This document shows positions 1 through 8,746 of a DNA stretch of 64,000 bases, one piece after another. The DNA comes from an uncultured Candidatus Peribacteria bacterium (lineage in GTDB: Bacteria; Patescibacteriota; Gracilibacteria; Peribacterales; Peribacteraceae), in contig CAZUYK010000009.1 in NCBI GenBank assembly GCA_964624905.1, positions 258-64,257 on the forward strand, given 5' to 3'. The translations under genes were made by a program, and so were the position numbers. Positions within the stretch are counted from its first letter, which is position 1, and each line of letters starts with the position of its first letter. Below the pieces are notes generated by a model. It made no database searches and was not told the origin of the DNA. It was given only the letters and a program-made list of their open reading frames with translations.

Positions 1-136
1 CGGTTGCGGTACAAGGTGGGTTAAGAAATCTGGCTTCCTGGTATCCGGTGAAGGACCGAGGCGACAGCCCGGAGATAGTACACTGGGAAAAAGGGGAGTC
101 AATAAGATTTTGCATGATCCGGTGAAGGGGCGTCGT

Positions 137-164
137 TTGATCCGAATCAGACATGATTTATACT
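137..164 (+). promoter_or_regulatory. candidate sigma70-type promoter TTGATC-N16-TATACT
   Basis: TTGATC at 137-142 and TATACT at 159-164 in an AT-richer stretch. The ATG at 173 lies 8 nt after the -10, which implies a near-leaderless mRNA. Confidence 0.35.
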
Positions 165-172
165 GTATAACT

Positions 173-874
173 ATGGCAGCTTCCTTATACGACAGACTCG
201 GTGATTTTGGCACATTGGTCTATACCGTGGGCGACGGCGTGGATGCGCGGACGACGATGGGGCTGAATGATCTGAGTCTTCAAAATGCCTTTCAGGCGGC
301 AGATCTGACGGTGAATACCCGAGAGAGCCTTCTCTTCATTGCCGGAGGAAACGGGGGAAGCGAGCATGGGCGAAACGCGGATAAGCTTCTTCCCGGCAGC
401 CAGCCGGAGGCAGTACGCATGGTGCATGCGTTGCGTGAGCGATACGGGTCCGTACTTCCCGTCATCACGGATTGCGATCCCGAATACAAGGAAATGTTCG
501 GTTTGGACCCGTCCCACAATACCCCCGAAAACGCGCGCAATGCGGTTGCCATAGTGGAAGCGGGAAAGATGCCGGAAGGCGACGTGGTGGCGGAAAATAT
601 CCATTCCAGGCGCGTGCTTGCCACCCTGCTCCATGCCATGCGGCAGAAACAGGTTGATGCGCTGCTGCGCTTGCATTCGGTCGATGCGGCATTCGAACCG
701 TCCAATGACCAGTGGCATATCCGCAACAAAGCGGTGTTTCGCGCTTGGAACATGGTCGGCTGGACGGAGCATTTCCTCAAAGGAAAGGTGGACCGCTGGG
801 AAGTGGTCAAAGAGGCGCTGACTTTGAGGAGATTCGGGCGATTCCGGGAGGGTGCGCATGTCATTCCTTCTTGA
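173..874 (+). CDS. DUF218 (YdcF/ElyC/SanA-like) family protein
   Basis: ORF 110..874 trimmed to its first ATG. SHNTPENARNA resembles the DUF218 S-x-N-T-x-E-N signature, preceded by LLFIAGGNGG. The frame stays open back to base 2, so the 5' end is uncertain. Confidence 0.5.
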   Translation: MAASLYDRLGDFGTLVYTVGDGVDARTTMGLNDLSLQNAFQAADLTVNTRESLLFIAGGNGGSEHGRNADKLLPGSQPEAVRMVHALRERYGSVLPVITDCDPEYKEMFGLDPSHNTPENARNAVAIVEAGKMPEGDVVAENIHSRRVLATLLHAMRQKQVDALLRLHSVDAAFEPSNDQWHIRNKAVFRAWNMVGWTEHFLKGKVDRWEVVKEALTLRRFGRFREGAHVIPS

Positions 875-899
875 CGTTCCCCGTGCCCTCTACTAAAGT
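871..899 (+). promoter_or_regulatory. candidate promoter TTGACG-N17-TAAAGT upstream of rpsF-rpsR
   Basis: Hexamers at 871-876 and 894-899 with a 17-nt spacer, in the intergenic region before rpsF. Confidence 0.35.
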
Positions 900-958
900 C
901 CGGTTCCTTATTGATTTCCGTACGTTCTCGTAACGCACGGTTTTACCCACAAATCCCT

Positions 959-1504
959 ATGGCCATTTCCATGGTGCCATCAACGGAAGACGGACGCATC
1001 TACGAGTGCGCCCTCGTATATCCTTATCCTATGAACCAGAAGGAGGAATCTGACCTCCTGAAGGGAGTCGAGGAAATTTTCGCCGAAGCCGAGGCCAAGG
1101 TCCTCTTGAAGGACAGCTGGGGCCAGCGCGGTCTTGCCTACAAGATCGGAGGCTTCGAAGACGGCAACTTCGTCATCTTCTACCTCGAGATGGATCCGTC
1201 CAAGCTCAAGGAAGTCGACACGCAGCTGCGCATCTTGAAGGGCGTCCTTCGCCACATGATCATCAAGCCGCCGAAGAAGTATGTCATCGCCCCCATGGCC
1301 GACAACCTCCAGAAGTGGAAGGAGCAGAGTCGCATGGAAGGGGAGGCACGCGCCCAGGAGAAGGAAGACAAGCTGAAGAAGCAGGTCGTCGAGAAAGCAA
1401 AGCGCACGACCGCCAAGAAGAAAATCGAAGAGAAGGCCGCTCCCACGGAAACGATTGCCGAGGGCCTGGACAAGCTTATTTCCGATAAGGATCTCGAGAT
1501 CTGA
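959..1504 (+). CDS. rpsF: 30S ribosomal protein S6 with long K/E-rich C-terminal extension
   Basis: RIYECALVY, WGQRGLAYKI, GNFVIFYLEM and LRHMIIKP match the S6 core. It sits immediately upstream of rpsR. Start is 959 or 971, and about 70 extra charged residues follow the core. Confidence 0.85.
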   Translation: MAISMVPSTEDGRIYECALVYPYPMNQKEESDLLKGVEEIFAEAEAKVLLKDSWGQRGLAYKIGGFEDGNFVIFYLEMDPSKLKEVDTQLRILKGVLRHMIIKPPKKYVIAPMADNLQKWKEQSRMEGEARAQEKEDKLKKQVVEKAKRTTAKKKIEEKAAPTETIAEGLDKLISDKDLEI

Positions 1505-1518
1505 TTCCCCCCGCTCCC

Positions 1519-1779
1519 ATGGCTACCAAAGCACCCAACCGCAACCGCAACAACCAGAACCAGAACCGCAGCGATCCGCGCCTCAAGAAGTGCCCCTTCT
1601 GCGAGAAGGACACGCTGTACATCGATTACAAGGACTACCCGACGCTCAAGCCCTTCATCGATTACTTCGGAAACATCCGCAAGCGTTACTACACGGGCGT
1701 GTGTCTGAAGCACCAGAAAATGCTCAAGACGGCAGTCGAGCGCGCACGCTTCATGGCGATGCTCGCATACCGCAAGTAA
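1519..1779 (+). CDS. rpsR: 30S ribosomal protein S18
   Basis: KKCPFCEK..IDYKDY..LKPFI..RKRYYTGVCLKHQK..AVERARFMAMLAY is a typical S18 sequence. Confidence 0.95.
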   Translation: MATKAPNRNRNNQNQNRSDPRLKKCPFCEKDTLYIDYKDYPTLKPFIDYFGNIRKRYYTGVCLKHQKMLKTAVERARFMAMLAYRK

Positions 1780-1803
1780 TTCGTTTATCACCTGAATACC
1801 AAG

Positions 1804-1826
1804 AGCCGCCGCAAGGCGGCTTTTTT
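1804..1826 (+). terminator. intrinsic terminator after rpsR
   Basis: Stem AGCCGCC / GGCGGCT with a GCAA loop, followed by TTTTTT. Confidence 0.75.
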
Positions 1827-1843
1827 GTTGCATGCAAAAGGAA

Positions 1844-1873
1844 GGAGCTCACGTTTTCACGTGGGCTCCTTTT
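1844..1873. terminator. second hairpin between convergent genes, possibly a bidirectional terminator
   Basis: A 10-bp stem GGAGCTCACG / CGTGGGCTCC (one G-U pair) with a 6-nt loop. TTTT follows on the plus strand and a T-rich run follows on the minus strand. Confidence 0.5.
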
Positions 1874-1907
1874 GGTCCTTTCCCGCATTGGATGCGAGGA
1901 GTGCGAA

Positions 1908-2582
1908 CTACTTGTCGGTCTTGATACCGAGCAGGCGGGTCGTGCCTTCGGCGCTGATGAGCACGTGGCTACCATCGGCGAACGAGAGGCTATCGACCTT
2001 GCTCGGCACGTCGTCATCGGAGGCGACGGCGTCGTCGGCGTAACCGAAGACGTACAGACGGTTGCCCGTCGTCAAGGCATACAGGCAGCCGCTCTTCGAG
2101 AAGGAGAAGGCGTCGATGGGCGTGCGAAACGCCCGAACGATGAGGGGTTCCGGGAGGAACTTGTTCTCGTTCTTTACGACGTCCTCGATCTTCCAGATCG
2201 TCAGCTTCTTGCCTTCGTCGCTGATGGCGGCGATGTAGGTTTCGTGGGTGCACATGAACACTCGCGACGGGATATCCGTCGAGAGGTTCGCGAGCAGATA
2301 CGGGGAGGCCGCTTCGGCGTAAACCGTGCGGTCGTACATCTTCAGTCCGACGTGCTCGCCACCAATGGCCGACTTGTCGGCTTCGGATGCCGTTTCTGCG
2401 GCGGGAGCGGACGGGGCACCTTGCGGAGCCGACGTCGGCTTCGGGGGGAGTGGAGTCGCGTTGTGGTTCACGACCACGACGTACTTCTCGCCCGCGACAG
2501 CCAATTGTCCCGTAACGCAGATTCGAGGAGTCAATTTCGTCAACATACTGCAAATCCTTTCAAAACCCTGTGTGTAGTTCAT
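1908..2582 (-). CDS. hypothetical protein
   Basis: ORF 1908..2681 trimmed to the MNYTQGF start; an alternative ATG at 2546 has AAGGA upstream. No recognisable family. It has an Ala/Pro-rich linker and a beta-rich C-terminal part. Confidence 0.55.
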   Translation of the reverse strand: MNYTQGFERICSMLTKLTPRICVTGQLAVAGEKYVVVVNHNATPLPPKPTSAPQGAPSAPAAETASEADKSAIGGEHVGLKMYDRTVYAEAASPYLLANLSTDIPSRVFMCTHETYIAAISDEGKKLTIWKIEDVVKNENKFLPEPLIVRAFRTPIDAFSFSKSGCLYALTTGNRLYVFGYADDAVASDDDVPSKVDSLSFADGSHVLISAEGTTRLLGIKTDK

Positions 2583-2702
2583 TTCCTCAACAACCGATGC
2601 TGTGGAAAGAACTATGATTATTATACAATATTTATGTAAATTTGACAATAAAAAGGTCGATAATTTGCACGTATACCCCAATTCAGGCCTCTATGGGTGT
2701 TA

Positions 2703-2730
2703 TTGACACATTTAAAAAGTAGTATAATAT
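2703..2730 (+). promoter_or_regulatory. candidate promoter TTGACA with TATAAT (N14) or TAATAT (N16)
   Basis: TTGACA at 2703-2708 and TATAATAT at 2723-2730, in the AT-rich divergent intergenic region upstream of the CDS at 2802. Confidence 0.45.
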
Positions 2731-2801
2731 GCAATAAGTTACGAAACAGGTTTACCCATGTGGGTGATCCTTCAAACCGCAGAAACGTTAAGGAGAAGGT
2801 C

Positions 2802-3335
2802 ATGCAGAAGATTGCCTTGTTTTGTTTGCTTGCGATCGCGTTCGCCGTTCCCGCCTCGGCCCAGGAATCCTTGGCCACCGACGAGAAGCAAGCGAAGCTC
2901 GTGCAGGCCTTGCTCGACTTGGACGCGAAGGTGGAACGCCAGGGAGAATTGTACGAGAAGGATCTCGCCGATCGCCGGCACCAGGAGGCGCAGCTGCGCG
3001 AAGAATGCGCGGCGCTGAAAGCGAAGATCGAACAGATGGAGTTGGAGCATGCCGAACAGCGTCTCTCCGATGCTCTGAGCCGCAAGATGAGCCTGTGCGA
3101 CGACGCAATCGCCGACATCGAACGGAAGCTCGCCTCGACGCGCACGGTCTCGGCTGGGCGCTTGGGATTGCTGAAGAAGCAGGTGCAAGCAGTCACCGGC
3201 GTGGAACGTGCACGTCTTATCGCCCGTCGCGATGACTTGCAGAAGCAGCGGACGAAGGCGAAGGAACTGTTCATGAGTCTTATCCTTGCAAAGGTGGGGT
3301 CCATGATTATCCATTCGTCCGCCATGGCGTTCTAA
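2802..3335 (+). CDS. secreted coiled-coil protein (hypothetical)
   Basis: AGGAGA lies 5 nt upstream of the ATG. Signal peptide MQKIALFCLLAIAFAVPASAQE. The remainder is E/K/R/L/A-rich and heptad-like. Confidence 0.7.
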   Translation: MQKIALFCLLAIAFAVPASAQESLATDEKQAKLVQALLDLDAKVERQGELYEKDLADRRHQEAQLREECAALKAKIEQMELEHAEQRLSDALSRKMSLCDDAIADIERKLASTRTVSAGRLGLLKKQVQAVTGVERARLIARRDDLQKQRTKAKELFMSLILAKVGSMIIHSSAMAF

Positions 3336-3367
3336 CGTTTTCGGTTCATCACAAGCCCTCTGGGCGA

Positions 3368-3401
3368 CGGTGCTGGGACTCGTTCCCAGCACCGTTTTTT
3401 T
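3368..3401 (+). terminator. intrinsic terminator
   Basis: An 11-bp stem CGGTGCTGGGA / TCCCAGCACCG with a CTCGT loop, followed by T7. Confidence 0.8.
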
Positions 3402-3434
3402 ATGCCTTGATCGGTCCGCTATACTGACGTTCCT

Positions 3435-4190
3435 ATGTCCGGACATTCCAAGTGGCACAACATCCGCGTGAAGAAAACCGCCCAGGACGCGGCCCGGGGA
3501 AAGATCTACACGAAGCACGCGAAGCTCATCGAGATCGCGGCGCAGCGCGGTCCGGACCCCGCCACGAACGCGTCGCTGCGTTCCGCCATCGATAATGCGA
3601 AGGCGGACAACGTGCCGAACGCCAACATCGAACGCGCCATCAAGAAAGGCAGCGGCCAGCTGGAGGGTGCGCAGATGGTGGAGGAGATGTACGCGGCCAT
3701 GGGCCCGGGCAACACCGCCCTGCTGGTCGAGTGCCTTACCGACAACAAGAACCGTACGCTGACGAACGTGAAGATGGCCGCCAGCAAGAACGGCGGAAGT
3801 TTCGTGGAGTCGTCGTCCGTCCTGTGGATGTTCGCCAGGAAGGGGATCGTGGTCGGGACGAAGGCGGGAGTGCTTCCGGGCGAACTGGAGGAGTTGGAGC
3901 TGGAACTCATCGATTTCGGCGCGGAGGACGTGGAGGCCTCCGGCGATACGATCTCGGTTACGACCGACCTGACGAACTGGACGCGCGTACGGGACTTCCT
4001 GAAGAGTCGGGGCTATCAGATCGAGAGCGCTGGCCTGCGGTACGTGCCGACCCAAAAGACCGATATCAAGGACGCCGATACCGCTCGTAAACTGATGCAA
4101 TTGGTCGATGCGCTGGAGGCGGATGACGACGTTTCGGAGGTACATACGAATGCCGAGATCAGCGAGGAAATCGCTGCCGGTTTGAACTGA
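3435..4190 (+). CDS. yebC: YebC/PmpR family DNA-binding transcriptional regulator
   Basis: The N-terminus MSGHSKWHNIRVKK and the overall 251-aa layout are typical of the YebC family. Confidence 0.9.
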   Translation: MSGHSKWHNIRVKKTAQDAARGKIYTKHAKLIEIAAQRGPDPATNASLRSAIDNAKADNVPNANIERAIKKGSGQLEGAQMVEEMYAAMGPGNTALLVECLTDNKNRTLTNVKMAASKNGGSFVESSSVLWMFARKGIVVGTKAGVLPGELEELELELIDFGAEDVEASGDTISVTTDLTNWTRVRDFLKSRGYQIESAGLRYVPTQKTDIKDADTARKLMQLVDALEADDDVSEVHTNAEISEEIAAGLN

Positions 4191-4217
4191 GGAAAGCTGG
4201 AAAAAATTACTGAAAAA

Positions 4218-4226
4218 TGCTAGAAT
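4218..4226 (+). promoter_or_regulatory. extended -10 element TGCTAGAAT
   Basis: It matches TGnTAnnnT and ends 8 nt before the ATG at 4235. No clear -35 was seen. Confidence 0.35.
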
Positions 4227-4234
4227 AAGACGAT

Positions 4235-4411
4235 ATGAAAAACACACAAAACCCTTTCCCCGGAGAGTCGATGGAACCGCATGCGCGCCGCATCTCGCGG
4301 GAGCATCCCGTGAACGCGCAGATCGTCGACTTCCAGGATATGTTCGGCAATCAGTTCGATAAATTGATGGAGGGATTCAACCTCAGCGGGGAGAGTTCGG
4401 ACATGGACTGA
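4235..4411 (+). CDS. small hypothetical protein (58 aa)
   Basis: Below the ORF-track cutoff and translated by hand as MKNTQNPFPGESMEPHARRISREHPVNAQIVDFQDMFGNQFDKLMEGFNLSGESSDMD. It fills the only gap between yebC and the PBP gene and has an extended -10 upstream. Confidence 0.35.
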   Translation: MKNTQNPFPGESMEPHARRISREHPVNAQIVDFQDMFGNQFDKLMEGFNLSGESSDMD

Positions 4412-7400
4412 TCACTGCTTGGCTTCCACCCGAATCTCTATCTGGTCTTCCCTGCTGTTGCCCGCAAGGTCCGTCGCCACCACGCGCAACGTGTGCGTGC
4501 CCGCGGCCAATTGGTCGTACGTCAGGGTGTAGGGCGCGGAGGGTTTGCGTGAAAGGAGGAGATCGTTCGCGAAGAATTCCACGTACTTGATGCCCGCGTC
4601 CTGGTCGTCCGCCACGGCCGTGATTGTGACGCTGTCACCTTCCGTTACCACGTCGCCGTCGTTCGGTTCGCTGAGGCGGATGCTGGGGCCGGCCGTGTCT
4701 TCGTCGAACGTGAAGGTCACCTCGTCGGACGCGGTGTTGAAGTACGTGTCCGTCACCGTCACCTTCAGCGTGTGTTTGCCGGACTTGCCGATGCTCTTGG
4801 GAACGCGGATGGGTTGGGTGTACGGGGCTTCGGTGCTGCGGCCGACGCTCTTGCCGTCCAGTTCATAGGTGACGAAGCGGACCCGGTCTCCCACCTTGAT
4901 ATCCAGCCTGGGCTGGAAGGACGGATACGATGCGGTGCCGTTGGGACTGAGGATGCTCACCTCCGGCTTGGTCATGCGGCCGGGCGTGAGGGCGAGCGAA
5001 CACTTCTCCCTCGGGATGAGGGGGAGCGGCAGCGTCGAACCCGTGAAGGCGCCCGTCAGCGGATCGTACGAACCTTTCTGCTTCTCGGCCCATGCCTGCA
5101 CGCTCTGGTCCCACTGCGGGAAGCGGTCGGCCAGGATGCTGGTGGGGACGAAGAAGCTTCTCTTCTCGCGCGCCTCGGCGGGGCATTCGTCCGATGCGAG
5201 GAGGCCCGTTACGCGGTCGACTTCGATGGTGACGCAGGCGGGGTCCGCGAGGGTGGGCGTATGGTCCGCCAGGAACACGTCGGACTTGCGGTTGGCGATG
5301 GGGGTGCATTCCGAGGGAAGCTCTCCGGAGAGGGTGGAGATCTGCGGCTGCACGATGTTGCCGGGTACGGCGAACGTCGTTTTGGGATTTTGCACGAAGG
5401 AGTGCGCGCGGGTCATGTAGTCCTTCCAAATGGGGGAGGCCTGCGAAAGGGATTCAGCCTTTTCCGCCAGTGCGCTGGAGTCCGCGTTACCTACCCATAC
5501 GCCTGTCACGAGGTTGGGCGTGTAGCCCATCGTCCACAGATCGGACGGCCTACGCACCGTGCAGTTGCCGGTGTCGTTGCGATCAAGGCACTTGTTGCTG
5601 GTTCCGGTCTTCGCCGCCGCCGGATAGCCCGGGACGGAGAGGACGCTCTGCCAGTATTCGTTCGGACGTGCGGATACGTCGCTCAGCACGGAGGTCACCT
5701 GGTAGGCGACGCCCGGATCGATCACCTGGCTGCCCTTTTCCTCCGGGGCTTCGTACAGGATGTTGCCGCGGCGGTCCTTGATGCGTTCGATGGAGACGAG
5801 CGGCTTGTACACCCCTCCGTTCGCGAACGTCGCGTAGGCGTTCACCATTTGCGTCAGCGGGGTCTCGCCCGCACCCAAGGACAGCGGCCAGCCATACTCG
5901 AAATTTCCGCCGAACTTTTCCTTCTGTTCCACCGGTGAGGAGGCGCCCAGGCGCGACGCGAAGTCCAACACACCGTCTTCGCCCCCCGCCAGGAAGAACG
6001 CCTTGATGGCGGGAATGTTGCGCGAGGCTCCGAGCGCATGGCGCGCATCCATCAATCCCCAGAAGCCTCCGTCGAAGTTCTGGGGGGCATCCGTGCCGAT
6101 CTGCGTCGGGACGTCGTAGAGGATGGTCGCCGGTCCGTATCCTTTTTCAAATGCCGCGCCGTACACGATCGGCTTGAAGCTGGAGCCCGGTTGGCGCGGC
6201 GCCTGAGCCATGTCTACCTTGCCGCCGTGTTCCTCATCGTTGTAATCGCTGTTGCCCACGTACGCGCGGATCTTGTTGGTGCCCGTTTCCACGGAGACCA
6301 GCGCGATGTTGTGGGCCATGAAGGTCTTTGCGGTGCCTTCGGCCCTCGATGTCACCGCTTTTTCGGCTGCCTGCTGCATGTTCCAGTCCAACGTCGTTTC
6401 GATGGTGAGTCCGCCCTGGTCCAGGATCCCTTCCTCGGCTCCGTTGGCCAGCAGCTTCTCGGCCTGGTCCTTCACCCACAGCACGAAGTGCGCGGCGCGG
6501 ATGTTCTCGCGGCTCTTTTCAAACTCCATGGTGAGCAGGGACTTCACCGCGTCGGCGCGCTGCTGTTCCGTGATGTACCCGAGGTCCTGCATGTTCTTCA
6601 AGACCTGGTCCGCGCGGCCGCCCACGTACACGAGGTTCGCGCCCGTTCCCACGTAGCCTCCCATGAGTCCGATGATGACGTCATCGTCGTCGATCTGGTC
6701 CGCCTTCGTGACGCGGCCGGAGGCGATGTCCTGCAGAACGTCCGCCGTCACCGTGGTGCGGACGTGCTTGCCGTACGGATAGTAGTAGCTGGGGGCCTGG
6801 GGAAGGGATGCGAGCACGGCGGATTCCGCGAGCGACAGGTCCTTCGAGTCCTTGTTGAAGTACGTCTTGCTCGCGAGGCCGATGCCGTAGGCGTTCTTTC
6901 CGAAGGGGATCCAGTTGAGGTAGAGGTTGATGAGCTCGTCCTTGGTGTAGTGCGATTCCAGCTGGCAGCCCAGGATGATTTCCTTCAGCTTGCGGTTCAC
7001 GATGAAATCCTTCTTGAGGTCGAGTGCGTTCCTGGCGAGCTGTCGGGTGAGCGTGGAGGCTCCTCCGCTTTGTCCGAAGCGGAAGACGACGCGCAGGAGG
7101 GCGCGGATATCCAGGCAGCCGCGGCTGTAAAAGCGTTCGTCCTCGATGGCGACCACCGCGTTCTTCACGCTTTCCGGGATCTGTTCGCCCGGCACGTACA
7201 CGCGGTCCTCCTCGCGGAAGAGGCGGTAGAGTTCCACTCCTTTATGGTCGACGATGACAGAGCTTTGTGCCGCGATGAGATTGCGCGCGTCGGTGATATC
7301 CGGAAGGGTGATGAACAGGAAGGCCCCGTAAACCAAGACCGTGCCGGTTCCCCATAGGAGGACATCCTTGATCAATCTTTTCTGCCCGCGTTGCCTGGCC

Positions 7401-7561
7401 CATGCGACGGTGCCGCGGTACAGGGCGACGATGTGCTCCTTGTTCCAGTTCGATGCGCGGACGGACGCGCGGCGATGTGTTCCGCGCAGGTGCGGAGCGT
7501 GGTGAGCCGGCGAATGTTCCTTGCGGCCGTCCAGCGGCCTGCTGTGAAAGTCCTGATCCAT
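4412..7561 (-). CDS. class A penicillin-binding protein (GT51 transglycosylase plus transpeptidase) with two C-terminal Ig-like domains
   Basis: GT51 motif EDERFYSRGCLD. Transpeptidase motifs SSFKP, SRN and KTGTS. N-terminal TM helix. The last roughly 200 aa form two beta-rich repeats. Start taken at MDQDF (7561). Confidence 0.9.
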   Translation of the reverse strand: MDQDFHSRPLDGRKEHSPAHHAPHLRGTHRRASVRASNWNKEHIVALYRGTVAWARQRGQKRLIKDVLLWGTGTVLVYGAFLFITLPDITDARNLIAAQSSVIVDHKGVELYRLFREEDRVYVPGEQIPESVKNAVVAIEDERFYSRGCLDIRALLRVVFRFGQSGGASTLTRQLARNALDLKKDFIVNRKLKEIILGCQLESHYTKDELINLYLNWIPFGKNAYGIGLASKTYFNKDSKDLSLAESAVLASLPQAPSYYYPYGKHVRTTVTADVLQDIASGRVTKADQIDDDDVIIGLMGGYVGTGANLVYVGGRADQVLKNMQDLGYITEQQRADAVKSLLTMEFEKSRENIRAAHFVLWVKDQAEKLLANGAEEGILDQGGLTIETTLDWNMQQAAEKAVTSRAEGTAKTFMAHNIALVSVETGTNKIRAYVGNSDYNDEEHGGKVDMAQAPRQPGSSFKPIVYGAAFEKGYGPATILYDVPTQIGTDAPQNFDGGFWGLMDARHALGASRNIPAIKAFFLAGGEDGVLDFASRLGASSPVEQKEKFGGNFEYGWPLSLGAGETPLTQMVNAYATFANGGVYKPLVSIERIKDRRGNILYEAPEEKGSQVIDPGVAYQVTSVLSDVSARPNEYWQSVLSVPGYPAAAKTGTSNKCLDRNDTGNCTVRRPSDLWTMGYTPNLVTGVWVGNADSSALAEKAESLSQASPIWKDYMTRAHSFVQNPKTTFAVPGNIVQPQISTLSGELPSECTPIANRKSDVFLADHTPTLADPACVTIEVDRVTGLLASDECPAEAREKRSFFVPTSILADRFPQWDQSVQAWAEKQKGSYDPLTGAFTGSTLPLPLIPREKCSLALTPGRMTKPEVSILSPNGTASYPSFQPRLDIKVGDRVRFVTYELDGKSVGRSTEAPYTQPIRVPKSIGKSGKHTLKVTVTDTYFNTASDEVTFTFDEDTAGPSIRLSEPNDGDVVTEGDSVTITAVADDQDAGIKYVEFFANDLLLSRKPSAPYTLTYDQLAAGTHTLRVVATDLAGNSREDQIEIRVEAKQ

Positions 7562-7620
7562 GTTGGAGCGTAAGTGTAGGGGCAAAAACCCGGGAGGCGC
7601 AATGTACATTCCCGTGAAAA

Positions 7621-7968
7621 ATGTGCTATACTGCGTTCGTGATTCGCACCTTTGTTTCGGCGGTCTCCTTCCTGTTTGCGGCTCCCGCTGCTTTCGCGCA
7701 GGGGGTTACCGGCAAATTGCAGGTGAATACCGGTTCGAAGATCGATTTCTGGACTCTCATTGGCAACATATTGGGATTCCTTGCGAACGCGGCGCTGTTC
7801 ATCGCACCCGTCATCTTCCTTCTGGGTGTCTTTTATTACACCATCGGCGGGGCTACGGGGGATACCGACAAGGGGAAGGATATGATGAAGACGACGCTGA
7901 AGGGATTCATCCTTATTATCGGCGCTTACTCCATTTTGCGTACCGTTTACTATTTCCTCCAGGGCTGA
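7621..7968 (+). CDS. TrbC/VirB2-type (T4SS) pilin-like small membrane protein
   Basis: A signal peptide ending AFAQG is followed by two hydrophobic helices flanking the loop GGATGDTDKGKD. This architecture is typical of the T4SS-pilin family common in CPR genomes. An alternative GTG start lies at 7639. Confidence 0.55.
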   Translation: MCYTAFVIRTFVSAVSFLFAAPAAFAQGVTGKLQVNTGSKIDFWTLIGNILGFLANAALFIAPVIFLLGVFYYTIGGATGDTDKGKDMMKTTLKGFILIIGAYSILRTVYYFLQG

Positions 7969-8060
7969 TCCGGCTACGCCTGCGAGCTTTGCCGTGGTTA
8001 TGCGGTGTAAATTATCGCGAATTTCCTTTCCTTGACCCCTTTTTTCCATACAATCCTGCC

Positions 8061-8678
8061 ATGAGCGACAGCGGCCACCTTCCGCCGGATGTCCTGGAAC
8101 AGCTTGAACGCGCCGAACAGCTGAAGCTGAGCGGCAAGCATATCGAAGCCCTCATGCTTCTGGAGCAGCTGGTCCTGGACGACCCTTCCAACGTAGCCGC
8201 GTTGGAGGAAATCGCGGACAACGAACTGAGTTTGGAGCGCTACGACCGCGCGGAAATCGCCGCGAGCCAGGCGATCGACATGGATGCCGCCAGCTACACC
8301 GGCCATTACATCATGGGATTCATCCGCTCACACCAGAGCAGGTGGGACGAGGCGCACGCCTGCCTCACGCTTGCGAACAAGCTGAAGCCGAACAATCCGG
8401 AGATTTTGCGCTGCCTGGGATGGGTGCTGTTCAACATGGACAAGAAGCCGCAGGGCGTCGTGACGTTGGAGCGCTCGTTGAACCTTGATTCCGATAACAC
8501 GCTCACGCTCTGCGACCTGGGCGTGGCGTACCTCGAACTCCGGAATTTCCAGAAGGCCCGCGCCCTCTTCATTCGCACGCTGGACCTGGACCCGATGAAC
8601 CTGCGCGCACGCGAATGCATCGCCGCCATCGACCGTATCGAAAGCCAGATGGCCGACAAAACACAGAAGATCGTCTGA
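8061..8678 (+). CDS. tetratricopeptide repeat protein
   Basis: Repeated 34-aa A/L/Y/N patterns, for example LGVAYLELRNFQKARALFIRTLDLDPMN. The upstream part of ORF 7560..8678 overlaps the pilin-like gene and was discarded. Confidence 0.8.
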   Translation: MSDSGHLPPDVLEQLERAEQLKLSGKHIEALMLLEQLVLDDPSNVAALEEIADNELSLERYDRAEIAASQAIDMDAASYTGHYIMGFIRSHQSRWDEAHACLTLANKLKPNNPEILRCLGWVLFNMDKKPQGVVTLERSLNLDSDNTLTLCDLGVAYLELRNFQKARALFIRTLDLDPMNLRARECIAAIDRIESQMADKTQKIV

Positions 8679-8710
8679 GAACGATGCGAACAGGTGATTT
8701 CAGGTTTATA

Positions 8711-8739
8711 TTTACATATATCATAAAATATGATATAAT
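8711..8739 (+). promoter_or_regulatory. near-consensus promoter TTTACA-N17-TGaTATAAT
   Basis: TTTACA at 8711-8716, TG at 8731-8732 and TATAAT at 8734-8739. The in-frame GTG at 8747 lies 7 nt after the -10. Confidence 0.6.
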
Positions 8740-8746
8740 ATTTATT

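Noticed and set aside
28-76. An imperfect extended hairpin at the window start (AUCUGGCU..CCU GGU..CC GGUGAA GG ACC..AGG..AGCC CGG AGAU). It superficially recalls SRP RNA helix 8 with a GNRA-like loop.
   Set aside because: The conserved SRP motifs (GGAA/GNAR tetraloop context and the AGCA symmetric-loop sequence) are absent. The element is cut by the window edge, and the same frame is open as a possible CDS. It needs an Infernal scan (RF00169, RF00010, RF00023) with the upstream sequence.
2772-4247. A 491-aa ORF antisense to the coiled-coil and yebC genes.
   Set aside because: It is a shadow ORF typical of GC-rich DNA. It is Arg/Gly/His/Leu-rich with no motifs, and it fully overlaps well-supported genes on the other strand.
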